Positions 18,139 to 27,281 are shown, counted from the first letter of the stretch. The stretch: 32,000 bases of DNA from Microcystis aeruginosa NIES-843 (GCF_000010625.1 NC_010296.1:2700001-2732000), one strand, 5' to 3'. Notes: generated from the sequence alone by a model not told the origin. Numbers and translations: made by a program.

Positions 18139-18351
18139 GGTTGGCTGAATAAATCTAAAAACCTTGTTGGGTAAAACTTTTAGACCTTTTGGCCATCAAA
18201 AAGTAATGGATAGGGGAGTGATCGGGGGAAAAATTCAGGGACTTTTTCCCTGAAAATTAGGTAATTGACCCCCTCAAAATCGGTAAAACCCTACACCCCA
18301 CACCCCACACCCTACACCCTGCCCCCACGAAAAACTTTTTGCCGCAAACCC
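18138..18351 (+). mobile_element. MITE copy A (~214 bp) with TA target-site duplication
   Basis: The terminal inverted repeats are GGGTTGGCTGAATAAA (left) and, on the reverse complement of the right end, GGGTTTGCGGCAAAAAG. TA flanks both ends (18136-18137, 18352-18353). Internally it has a CCCYACA-type C-rich tract. It is ~80% similar by eye to copy B in inverted orientation. Confidence 0.8.
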
Positions 18352-18630
18352 TAGCTAATCACTCCCCTTTTCTAGCGTAGGGGTCGGAAAAAGAGCAATG
18401 CCTGTTGGCAAAGCGGCGGAAGTTCTGCCCGTGTTCTCAAGATAGGACTCCTATTCTCCAGGCCTTAGGATTCTGCGGTTTTACCCTGGAATTCTGCTAC
18501 AGCACCGGCTTGGGATAACGAGACTTTCTCAATTGCTGCCGGAGATATGGGAATCGATCGAGCGCGGTTCCGAGGATTCGTCTGGCCAAAAAACACCGAC
18601 TATCTCTATTTTTTGGATGTGAGGATTTCG

Positions 18631-20196
18631 ATGGTTTCTGTCTCTTGTAATTCGTTATGGCGACCTTCTCTCCTACTGGGAAGCGTTTTCTTTGCCGTAC
18701 CCGCGTTCGCTCAAATCGACCCTTCGGGTTTACCGCTAACCGATATGTCGAAAAACCATCCCGATCCAGCGATGGCGCAACTCACTTCTGTGTCCCAACT
18801 TGCCGATGTTCCGCCGACGGGCTGGGCGTTCGAGGCACTGCGATCGTTAGTGGAACGCTATGGCTGTATTGTCGGCTATCCCGACCGCACCTATCGGGGC
18901 GACCGCGCCTTAACCCGTTGGGAATTTGCCGCCGGTTTGAATGCTTGTTTAAACTCGATCGAGCGATCGCTGCAAGCAGGGGTTTCGATCGCCCAAGGAG
19001 ATCTCGATACACTCAAGCGCCTTGCCCAGGAATTTCAGGCCGAGTTAGGGGCTTTAGGGGCGAGAGTGGATAACCTAGAAAACCAGGCTGCTTTCCTAGA
19101 AGACCATTCCTTTTCGACGACCACGAAACTACTGGGTGAGGCGATTTTCGTGGTCGCCAACGCCTTTCAAGGTGCGAGGGAGGGGAGCAATACCGTGTTT
19201 CAAGATCGCGTGCGTCTTCGGTTCGTCAGCAGTTTTACGGGCAAAGACCAGTTAAACGTAAGGTTAGATGCCGGTAATGCCCGACGATTTAATCTGGGGG
19301 ATGGGACTCCGGAAGCTACTCAATCCTTTAACCTAGTTCCCTCTCTAGACAATAATGTCAATATCGGTTGGCTCGCCTATTATTTTCCCATTGGCGAGCG
19401 CATTTCCGCCTATATTGCAGCGGTCAATGGTGTCACCTACGATTTTATCCCGACGCTGAACCCCTATCTCGATAGCGGTACGGGCGGCGGAAAAGCACTA
19501 ACCGTGTTTGCGTCCGCCAACCCCATTTACCAGATCGGTGGGGGTGCGGGAGGTGGCTTTAACTATCAACTGAGCGATCGCTGGATCGCCAGCTTGGGTT
19601 ATCTGGCCGGGGATCATGCCGCTCCCAATCCGGGTAGTGGTCTTTTTAATGGTCAATACGCTGCGATCGCCCAAATCGCTTGGCTCGATTCTCGATCGGG
19701 TTTCGGGATCACCTACGTCCACGCCTACCAAAATCGGGGAGATTTATTTGACATCGGCAGTAGTTTTGGTATTGTCGGCACTAGGCAGGCTAATAATCCT
19801 TTTGGCACCCCATTGATCAGTGATTCCTTCGGTGCGTCGGGGTTCTTTACCATCACGCCGAACTTGGCGATTAATGGTTTCCTGGGCTATACCAACTCTA
19901 GAAATCTCCAAGGCCACGGAAATGCTGACATTTGGTACTATAGTCTAGGTTTCGCCTTTCCCGATGTGGGCAAAGATGGCAATCTGGGCGGTCTCGTGGT
20001 TGGCGTTCAGCCCTATCAAGCCAATAATCCCACGGATGCCAAGGATTTACCTATCCATGTCGAGGCTTTTTACAAATATCAAATTAATGACAATATCGCC
20101 ATCACTCCTGGCTTATTTTGGCTGATCAACCCCGGTCAAAATAGTAATAATACCAGTGTTATTATCGGTACACTGAGAACCACATTTACCTTCTAG
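18631..20196 (+). CDS. Outer-membrane porin, SLH domain + OprB-like beta-barrel (cyanobacterial porin type)
   Basis: It has a signal peptide (MVSVSCNSLWRPSLLLGSVFFAVPAFAQ), an SLH motif (DVPPTGWAFEALRSLVERYGCIVGYPDRTYRGDRALTRWEFA), a coiled-coil linker, a Gly/aromatic-rich barrel and a terminal TFTF. I prefer the ATG at 18631 (GAGGA Shine-Dalgarno) to the 18547 start. Confidence 0.85.
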   Translation: MVSVSCNSLWRPSLLLGSVFFAVPAFAQIDPSGLPLTDMSKNHPDPAMAQLTSVSQLADVPPTGWAFEALRSLVERYGCIVGYPDRTYRGDRALTRWEFAAGLNACLNSIERSLQAGVSIAQGDLDTLKRLAQEFQAELGALGARVDNLENQAAFLEDHSFSTTTKLLGEAIFVVANAFQGAREGSNTVFQDRVRLRFVSSFTGKDQLNVRLDAGNARRFNLGDGTPEATQSFNLVPSLDNNVNIGWLAYYFPIGERISAYIAAVNGVTYDFIPTLNPYLDSGTGGGKALTVFASANPIYQIGGGAGGGFNYQLSDRWIASLGYLAGDHAAPNPGSGLFNGQYAAIAQIAWLDSRSGFGITYVHAYQNRGDLFDIGSSFGIVGTRQANNPFGTPLISDSFGASGFFTITPNLAINGFLGYTNSRNLQGHGNADIWYYSLGFAFPDVGKDGNLGGLVVGVQPYQANNPTDAKDLPIHVEAFYKYQINDNIAITPGLFWLINPGQNSNNTSVIIGTLRTTFTF

Positions 20197-20264
20197 CAAT
20201 CAACAAAATTTACCCCTATACCTTCCTGTTTAGGGGGATTCGATATATCTAAGGAATCTCGATC

Positions 20265-21449
20265 ATGTCAGTATCCCCTAGTCAGTCTGCCGATTATTAT
20301 CTATCTCTCGCGGTTTCTCTGGCATCGGAATTCGCCATCGATGCAGTGGAGCGAGACCATCAGGGTGGAACCCCGAAACTGGCGCGCGATCGCCTCCGCC
20401 AAAGTGGTCTTTTGACCTTATTGATTCCCCGAGAATACGGTGGTTCTGGCGAGAGTTGGATTACCTTATTTCGCATCGTTCGAGAGTTCGCCCAAGTCGA
20501 TAGCTCGATCGCTCATATTTTTTCCTACCATCATCTTGGGGTGATCGTTCCCCATCTTTTCGGGACGATCGAACAGAAGGAATACTACTACAAGGAAACC
20601 ATCCGACAGAATTGGTTTTGGGCGAATGCGTTAAATCCCTTGGATCGTCGGACAGCGATCGCTTCCGAGGGCGATATTTTCCGACTAGAAGGCAAGAAAA
20701 GCTTCTGTTCCGGTTCGTGGGATTCTGACATTTTACCCGTTACGGCGATCGATCAGGAGACGGGGAAAATATCGGTTCTTGTGGTTCCCACCCAGCGTGA
20801 GGGAGTAGAACTGCACGCCGATTGGGATAATATGGGTCAACGGCAAACCGATAGTGGTAGTGTTTCGTTTCATAATGTGGCGATTTACCCCCGCGAGTTT
20901 TTCGGTTCGCAAGCCTTTCCTGCGCCACCTTTCGCCACTTTCCGCGCCTGTTTAACCCAGTTGAATCTAGCCAATATCTACCTGGGGATTGCCCTGGGGG
21001 CTTTTGAGGCCGCACGACGGTACACGAGAGAGCAAACCCGTCCTTGGCTAACTGCCGGGGTCGAGCGAGCGACGGAAGCTCCCTATCTCCTCCATCGTTA
21101 CGGCAGTCTGTGGGTCGATTTAGAGGCGGCCAGGGGTTTGGTTGATCGAGCAACGGAAATTCTACAGGACGCGTGGGAGGAACAATGGGAGCTCACCGCA
21201 GAAAAGCGCGGTCGCTGTGCCGTGGCGATCGCAGTGGCCAAGGTGGCGGCGACACGGGTGGGATTAGAGGTGGTGAATCAAATGTTCGAGGTCATGGGGG
21301 CGAGGGCGACATCGAGTTCCTACGGGTTTGATCGCTACTGGCGGAATCTACGAACTTTTACCCTTCATGATCCTGTGGATTACAAAATTCGCGATCTGGG
21401 CAATTGGATTGTCAATGAAAAATTCCCGGAACCGAATTTTTATTCTTAA
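20265..21449 (+). CDS. Second DszC/SfnB-type acyl-CoA-dehydrogenase-fold flavin monooxygenase
   Basis: Motifs are LLTLLIPREYGGSG, DWDNMGQRQTDSGSVSF and the C-terminal DRYWRNLRTFTLHDPVDYK. It is a paralog of 13846-15060. An AAGGA Shine-Dalgarno lies upstream, 68 nt after the porin stop. Confidence 0.8.
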   Translation: MSVSPSQSADYYLSLAVSLASEFAIDAVERDHQGGTPKLARDRLRQSGLLTLLIPREYGGSGESWITLFRIVREFAQVDSSIAHIFSYHHLGVIVPHLFGTIEQKEYYYKETIRQNWFWANALNPLDRRTAIASEGDIFRLEGKKSFCSGSWDSDILPVTAIDQETGKISVLVVPTQREGVELHADWDNMGQRQTDSGSVSFHNVAIYPREFFGSQAFPAPPFATFRACLTQLNLANIYLGIALGAFEAARRYTREQTRPWLTAGVERATEAPYLLHRYGSLWVDLEAARGLVDRATEILQDAWEEQWELTAEKRGRCAVAIAVAKVAATRVGLEVVNQMFEVMGARATSSSYGFDRYWRNLRTFTLHDPVDYKIRDLGNWIVNEKFPEPNFYS

Positions 21450-21503
21450 TAACGCTCTCCTAAGAAACAGAGCTAGTCATAGAGGGTGGGAGAGGCTAAG
21501 GAA

Positions 21504-21741
21504 TTATCTCAAAGCCAAGGGAGTGGGCTTTTTTTGCTCAGGTTTTGCACGAGTTGCTCTAACTGTAGTTTCAACTAAAAAATGTACATGATCTCGAGCA
21601 ACTCCGCTCTCTAGAAACTTAATTTCATAACGTTTTTCTATCTCTAAACAGACTTCTTTCAACAGGCAATCTACCTGTTCATCAAAAAGGGTTCTTGCGA
21701 TATTTAGTTGGGAAAACTAGATGGTATAGCAAGACGCTCAT
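21504..21741 (-). pseudogene. IS200/IS605-type TnpA (Y1 transposase) remnant, frameshifted and truncated
   Basis: My own translation of the minus strand gives MSVLLYHLVFPTKYRKNPF*. After a frameshift it continues LFDEQVDCLLKEVCLEIEKRYEIKFLESGVARDHVHFLVETT. The YH.VF..KYR and DHVH.LV motifs are the TnpA HUH-family signatures. Confidence 0.5.
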
Positions 21742-21904
21742 CCCATGCTGTACGATCTATTGCTAACAAAACACACTCTAATTCTGGTATTTCCTGAACA
21801 TACCTTTTCATTCACTGGTTTTGGTTGGGACGACAATCTTCTAAGTGCTTCGTATGTACTAACGCTCTTCTGGGACTCTGGGGGAGATAGAATTAAGATA
21901 TATA

Positions 21905-22105
21905 GGGTTTGCTGAAAAAGTTTGTTGGTGGGGTGTGGGGTGTAGGGTGTAGGGTTTTACCGATTTTGAGGTAGTCAGTTACCTAATTTTCAGGGAAAAA
22001 GTCCAGGAATTTTACCCCCGATCCCTCCAATGGTCGGCACTTTTTGAGGTAAAAAAAGTCTAAAAGCCTTATCCAACAAAGTTTTTAGATTTATTCAGCA
22101 AGCCC
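21905..22105 (-). mobile_element. MITE copy B (~201 bp), inverted relative to copy A, with TA target-site duplication
   Basis: Its ends are GGGTTTGCTGAAAAAG...CTGAATAAATC-type, with TA at 21903-21904 and 22106-22107. Its reverse complement aligns with copy A over the full length. Confidence 0.8.
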
Positions 22106-22175
22106 TATTATAGTCTTTGAGTAAAAAATGCAAATTATAGCCGTGCAAATTATAACTGATCACTGATCACTGATT

Positions 22176-23360
22176 CTAGGCTAATTTAATTGCTGCAGTG
22201 ACCACCTCTTCTAAAGACTCTAACCAATGAAAGTTAACATCAGCTAAACTCCGGCTGAGATCGATCGCTTTGCTGTCAGCTAGGACGCGAAAAATTATTT
22301 GTGGTACGGTGGGATTGGGAAAAGGTCTGGGTTCCAAGGTTTGTCTTTCCTGTCGGGTAGCCCGGATCGTTCTTTCGCCGCTGCCCCGGCCGGGTGATAA
22401 TGGGCTATAACTGCGGTAGTAATTGCTAATACTCTCGATCGCTTTTTGGCCAAAGTCGGGATAACTGACAATATCAACGATAACCACTTTTAAATCAGGC
22501 AATAGTTGGAATTGTTGCAGACCGGCCTCTATTTGCTCGTTTAATTGCTCTAATTCTAGTCTTTCCTCCAGTATAAGCCATGCCGCCAGTTTTGCCCCCT
22601 GGCCAGCTAAGACATCCCAGATACTGGACATCAAACCCTGGCCATTACTGATCATCGCTATTCGGCCAGTTTGATCAATTATCGACCAAGGGGATTGTAA
22701 TTGGGGTGGGGTCAAAGCGAGCAGATCGAGATGTCTAGCTAAAGCGGCATCATTAACACTTATTTTGCCATCTAGGGCCATCACTTCCCCGGCTTCGTTG
22801 ATACCCAGGGGATTAATCTCGATAATATCGAGATCTTTGCTGACAAAGAGACTATACATTTTTTCGAGAATTTGACTGATAGACTCGATCAAAGACCCTC
22901 TTAAACCCATAGATACGGCTAATTGCCGACAGAGATAGGGGGAAAATCTCTCTTCAATGACCACTTTTTGCATGGTTGCCAGTAAACTGTCCACATCCAT
23001 CCCCCCTTGACTCGCACCCAGTAAAACTGGTCTTTGCAGATGATAATCGAGTAAAATGGCTAAAAATATCTCCTGTTGCGGATTATACCTGGCTTCTGCT
23101 AGGATTACCTCTGGATATTCTCCGGCGATCGGTAAATGAAAGATAGCATGGGCAGCAGCGATCGCATCGATGGTATTAGCGACAAATTTCACCCCTCCGG
23201 CTTTTCCTCGTCCTCCCGCTCGTACCTGGGACTTCAGCACGATAGGATAGGGAATGTTTAATCTTTTTAGTCCCCCCGGTTCGTGGATTGGTTGGGAAGG
23301 TAAAATGGGGATACCTACCTGAGCAAATATTTCCTTGGCTTGGTATTCGAGTAAATCCAT
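22176..23360 (-). CDS. sucC: Succinate--CoA ligase beta-subunit-like (ATP-grasp) protein
   Basis: The N-terminus MDLLEYQAKEIFAQVGIPI, VLKSQVRAGGRGKAGGVKF and the ATP-grasp pattern are present. The C-terminal half is more divergent than canonical SucC and no sucD is adjacent. Confidence 0.75.
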   Translation of the reverse strand: MDLLEYQAKEIFAQVGIPILPSQPIHEPGGLKRLNIPYPIVLKSQVRAGGRGKAGGVKFVANTIDAIAAAHAIFHLPIAGEYPEVILAEARYNPQQEIFLAILLDYHLQRPVLLGASQGGMDVDSLLATMQKVVIEERFSPYLCRQLAVSMGLRGSLIESISQILEKMYSLFVSKDLDIIEINPLGINEAGEVMALDGKISVNDAALARHLDLLALTPPQLQSPWSIIDQTGRIAMISNGQGLMSSIWDVLAGQGAKLAAWLILEERLELEQLNEQIEAGLQQFQLLPDLKVVIVDIVSYPDFGQKAIESISNYYRSYSPLSPGRGSGERTIRATRQERQTLEPRPFPNPTVPQIIFRVLADSKAIDLSRSLADVNFHWLESLEEVVTAAIKLA

Positions 23361-23420
23361 AATTAATTAATTGATAAAGTGGCAATTCTCTCTTTGCTCG
23401 TTTCGGTAGCTTGGGGACTA

Positions 23421-24641
23421 TTAACTATCATAAGTTTGTGCAGTACCACAATGATAACAATAAGGTAAATTTTTATAAGTTAACTCATGGCAATGATGAC
23501 ATTCTACATATTGATAATAACCGCAATGGGGACAATGAGCATCTTGATTTTTAATCGTTTTAGCGCAGTTAATACATTGTGATTTTTGTACTCGTTTTGC
23601 TGCTTGAGACTTGGTATTAAAAACAAACTTTTGCAAAAATTTAATAATAGCAAAACCGAACAAAGGGATTAACAGAATATAAACATATTGAACTAAAAAT
23701 ACTAAACCTCCAAAGATAGCACCGATAATATCAAAAATGAATTGTGTAATAATACCAATTTGCAAAAATTCAAAAGCTTTGAAAATTAAAGGAATGAAGA
23801 AAATAACTAATAAATGCCAACTAATTAACGCTATTAAACCATAGCCGCGACTTTGGGCATACTGATTCACTAATAACGCAACAATTATTAATGGTGCTAA
23901 AAATAAAACTTGAAAACCTAATTGAATGCTAGGATACCAAAAAGTCGCATTTTTATAACCAGCTTCCACATCATTAAATTTACTTTCATTTCTCATGAAA
24001 GCAAGTAAATTTTGACTCGATGGTTTTTGTAGTAGTTCATTTTTTAGCTTAACAATTTCTTCTTTGATTTTTGATATTTTTTTATTATTTTCCTCTAGTT
24101 TCTGTTTTGCCTCTTCCGCTTTTACCCGGTTTATCGAATTGTTGGCAGACTGTCCGGCAATTTTCTCTAATAGGGTAGAATCATATTGACTTCTAATAAT
24201 TTTATTATTATTTTCTAGTATATTAATATTATCTTGTTTTGTTTGTATTTTACTTAATAAAGTTTGATTTTCTTGATTATTTAACTTATTTTTAATATCA
24301 GCATATTGCAAACAAATTGGAGAAACTTTACCTAAATGTCCTATTTCTTCATCTTGATAATTATTATTTTTATAATCAACTAAAAAAGTTGTAATTAAAT
24401 CATAATCTCTATCTGGACTATTATTTTTCTTGTAACTTTGCCATTCGCTGTAACAAGTATATACTTGTTGGGGGCTTAAATGCCACCTACTAATATCATC
24501 TAATCCTGTAAAAACATTAACTAAGATGAAAATATCAACAATTATTATTACCAATAAACTTACTTTATTTAATGGTTTATCATTAATCCTTCTTGATCTC
24601 CTGAAAAACTGATTCCACAAATTATTAAGTTTAGTAAACAT
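23421..24641 (-). CDS. Membrane protein: N-terminal TM, long Asn/Lys-rich coiled coil, ~4 TM, C-terminal double zinc ribbon
   Basis: This is a 406-aa ORF in a very AT-rich gene. The C-terminus is CINCAKTIKNQDAHCPHCGYYQYVECHHCHELTYKNLPYCYHCG (four CxxC pairs). I recognise no family. Confidence 0.65.
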   Translation of the reverse strand: MFTKLNNLWNQFFRRSRRINDKPLNKVSLLVIIIVDIFILVNVFTGLDDISRWHLSPQQVYTCYSEWQSYKKNNSPDRDYDLITTFLVDYKNNNYQDEEIGHLGKVSPICLQYADIKNKLNNQENQTLLSKIQTKQDNINILENNNKIIRSQYDSTLLEKIAGQSANNSINRVKAEEAKQKLEENNKKISKIKEEIVKLKNELLQKPSSQNLLAFMRNESKFNDVEAGYKNATFWYPSIQLGFQVLFLAPLIIVALLVNQYAQSRGYGLIALISWHLLVIFFIPLIFKAFEFLQIGIITQFIFDIIGAIFGGLVFLVQYVYILLIPLFGFAIIKFLQKFVFNTKSQAAKRVQKSQCINCAKTIKNQDAHCPHCGYYQYVECHHCHELTYKNLPYCYHCGTAQTYDS

Positions 24642-24897
24642 AATCTACTCCTAAGTACAGGACAAAAAGGATGATATTTGGAAACTTCCCGCGCTCTCCC
24701 CTATCTAAATGGAGCAAGAGGACTCCCGTTAAATTTCTCCTTAATTAAAAATATACCAGAAATTCAGGGTGAGAGCATCTCAAAAGCTATTGACAATTGG
24801 CCAATTTTGTGATACGCATGGGCATTTCAGCTGATATCAGTCAATCAGAATAGTTACGAAATCTTAACATCTGGTCGATTTTTGCTTAACAATTGAG

Positions 24898-25230
24898 ATG
24901 ACAAATTCTCCTCAAATATGCCTGAATCGTCCTCTGGGCAAGCAACCCACACAAAGTTCATTTTGTCAAGGATTGTTAAGATGCGCTTCCCCTGAGCTTA
25001 TGGATAAATTTATTGGTTTGAGTATGCTGATTTTTGGGTTTGTAATGATGGCCTTTAATCCAGCAGTTGGGGTGCTAGTGGCTCTTTTTGGGTTGATCGT
25101 GACTTGGAATAGCGAGAGAACTGTTTCTGTTCGATCACAGGACAGGGATAGGGTTCCTTGTCCTCATTGTGCTGAGTTAATTCAACCGAAAGCGAAGGTG
25201 TGCCGTTTCTGTGGGGCCAGGTTTAGATGA
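24898..25230 (+). CDS. Small membrane protein with C-terminal zinc ribbon (the start may be the ATG at 25000)
   Basis: It has two hydrophobic segments (GLSMLIFGFVMMAF, GVLVALFGLIVTW) and CPHCAELIQPKAKVCRFCG. It is divergent from 23421-24641. Confidence 0.55.
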   Translation: MTNSPQICLNRPLGKQPTQSSFCQGLLRCASPELMDKFIGLSMLIFGFVMMAFNPAVGVLVALFGLIVTWNSERTVSVRSQDRDRVPCPHCAELIQPKAKVCRFCGARFR

Positions 25231-25599
25231 CCCCTTGTCCTGAGTTTGGGATCGGTGGCAACCCGATCAGAGGTTTCTTCAGTTTTTTGTCACAATTGTT
25301 ACATTTTTTCAGAGATTTTAATTCGATCGGGTGATTTTTTTTTGATAGGATTGAACCTATAATTTTCCCATAAATAGTTATTGTTCTCCATTAACCGTGC
25401 CAAACTAAGAACTGCGGACAAATCAAGAGTTTTGGCGTTTCAATAGACCAAATAAACTAATAACTGGCAATTAGTAGGAAATCTCAGTTATTTTTTGCTA
25501 AAATTCCCCTTTTTACCGCATTTTCTTGCTTGGAAACAAACTTTTTTCCGCTTTCGTCTCTGTCTTTAATTCGCTCCCACTAGGAAACTCAAGGGTAAG

Positions 25600-26277
25600 A
25601 TGCTATATTTTCAAAAGCAGGGTCGTCATCATCCTCTGACCCTATTAACAATGCTTTTAAGTGCTTCTTTCGTTGTGGTCTCCCTTTCCTTGACTCCTGC
25701 GATCGCACGTCAATTCGCCCCAATTAACCCGATTAAACCGATTCCTTTGGGGAATGATCAATTAATTCCTGCCGGCACAGACATCCCTGTAAAATACGAG
25801 CAAGGGGAAAAAATTCTTTTAACCAAACAAGAAACTTTTTCTTTATCTCTGACCGTCACCGATAATATCAAAAATTCCCAAGGACAGACAATTATTCCCG
25901 ATGGTAGTCAGATTATCGGAGAAATTAAACCTGATGGTCAAGGTTCGCGTTTTTTATCCCAAAAAATCTTTTTAAAAACCCGTCAACCCCAAGAAAAATC
26001 TATTGATGCTATTTCGGCAGTTTTCACTCGTCTAGAAAAGCTAATTAAAGGAGTTAACCCCGACAAAATTATTCAGGGTGCAGTATTAGGAAAATCCGCC
26101 GCTTCTGTCCTCGCTTCTTTTACTTCTGACCAACCGGTTAGCGAGGGATTATTACGAGGAGGGGGATTAGAAGTATTAGCCGGTTGGTTATTACGAGGAG
26201 AATCGGTGGAATTATTGTCAATTAACCCCAAGGAAGATTTAAAATTAACCCTTCGTTCTGATTTTACCGGTCAGTAA
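25600..26277 (+). CDS. Secreted hypothetical protein
   Basis: It has a signal-peptide-like N-terminus (LTLLTMLLSASFVVVSLSLTPAIA). The LIPAGTDIPVKY....IIPDGSQIIGEI pattern faintly recalls VirB10/TrbI-type beta-barrel domains, which is tentative. Confidence 0.55.
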   Translation: MLYFQKQGRHHPLTLLTMLLSASFVVVSLSLTPAIARQFAPINPIKPIPLGNDQLIPAGTDIPVKYEQGEKILLTKQETFSLSLTVTDNIKNSQGQTIIPDGSQIIGEIKPDGQGSRFLSQKIFLKTRQPQEKSIDAISAVFTRLEKLIKGVNPDKIIQGAVLGKSAASVLASFTSDQPVSEGLLRGGGLEVLAGWLLRGESVELLSINPKEDLKLTLRSDFTGQ

Positions 26278-26279
26278 CC

Positions 26280-26321
26280 TTAAAAAAATCTGGTGTGTTA
26301 GTTATTTATCTAACACACCAG
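26280..26321 (-). terminator. Rho-independent terminator between convergent genes, best oriented for fcl
   Basis: A perfect 12-bp stem, ctggtgtgttag (26290-26301) and ctaacacaccag (26310-26321), encloses an 8-nt loop. On the minus strand it is followed by ATTTTTTT (plus-strand aaaaaaat at 26282-26289). Confidence 0.7.
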
Positions 26322-26330
26322 CTATCTGGA

Positions 26331-27281
<951 letters not shown>

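Noticed and set aside
18289-18326. G/C-rich 7-mer arrays as a CRISPR array or telomere-like repeat
   Set aside because: There are only 4-5 degenerate units without spacers, and they always lie inside a MITE with terminal inverted repeats. I interpret them as an internal G4-prone tract instead.
18547-18630. Upstream ATG (18547) as the porin start
   Set aside because: The extension (MGIDRARFRGFVWPKNTDYLYFLDVRIS) precedes a canonical signal peptide that begins at the ATG at 18631. That ATG has a GAGGA Shine-Dalgarno.
21328-21591. 87-aa plus-strand ORF spanning the end of the DszC-like gene
   Set aside because: It overlaps the 3' end of a supported CDS in another frame and then runs antisense to the tnpA remnant.
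25245-25295. Terminator after the small zinc-ribbon gene (gatcgg...ccgatc followed later by a T-run)
   Set aside because: The stem is only 6 bp and the T-run lies ~15 nt from it, which is too weak to call.
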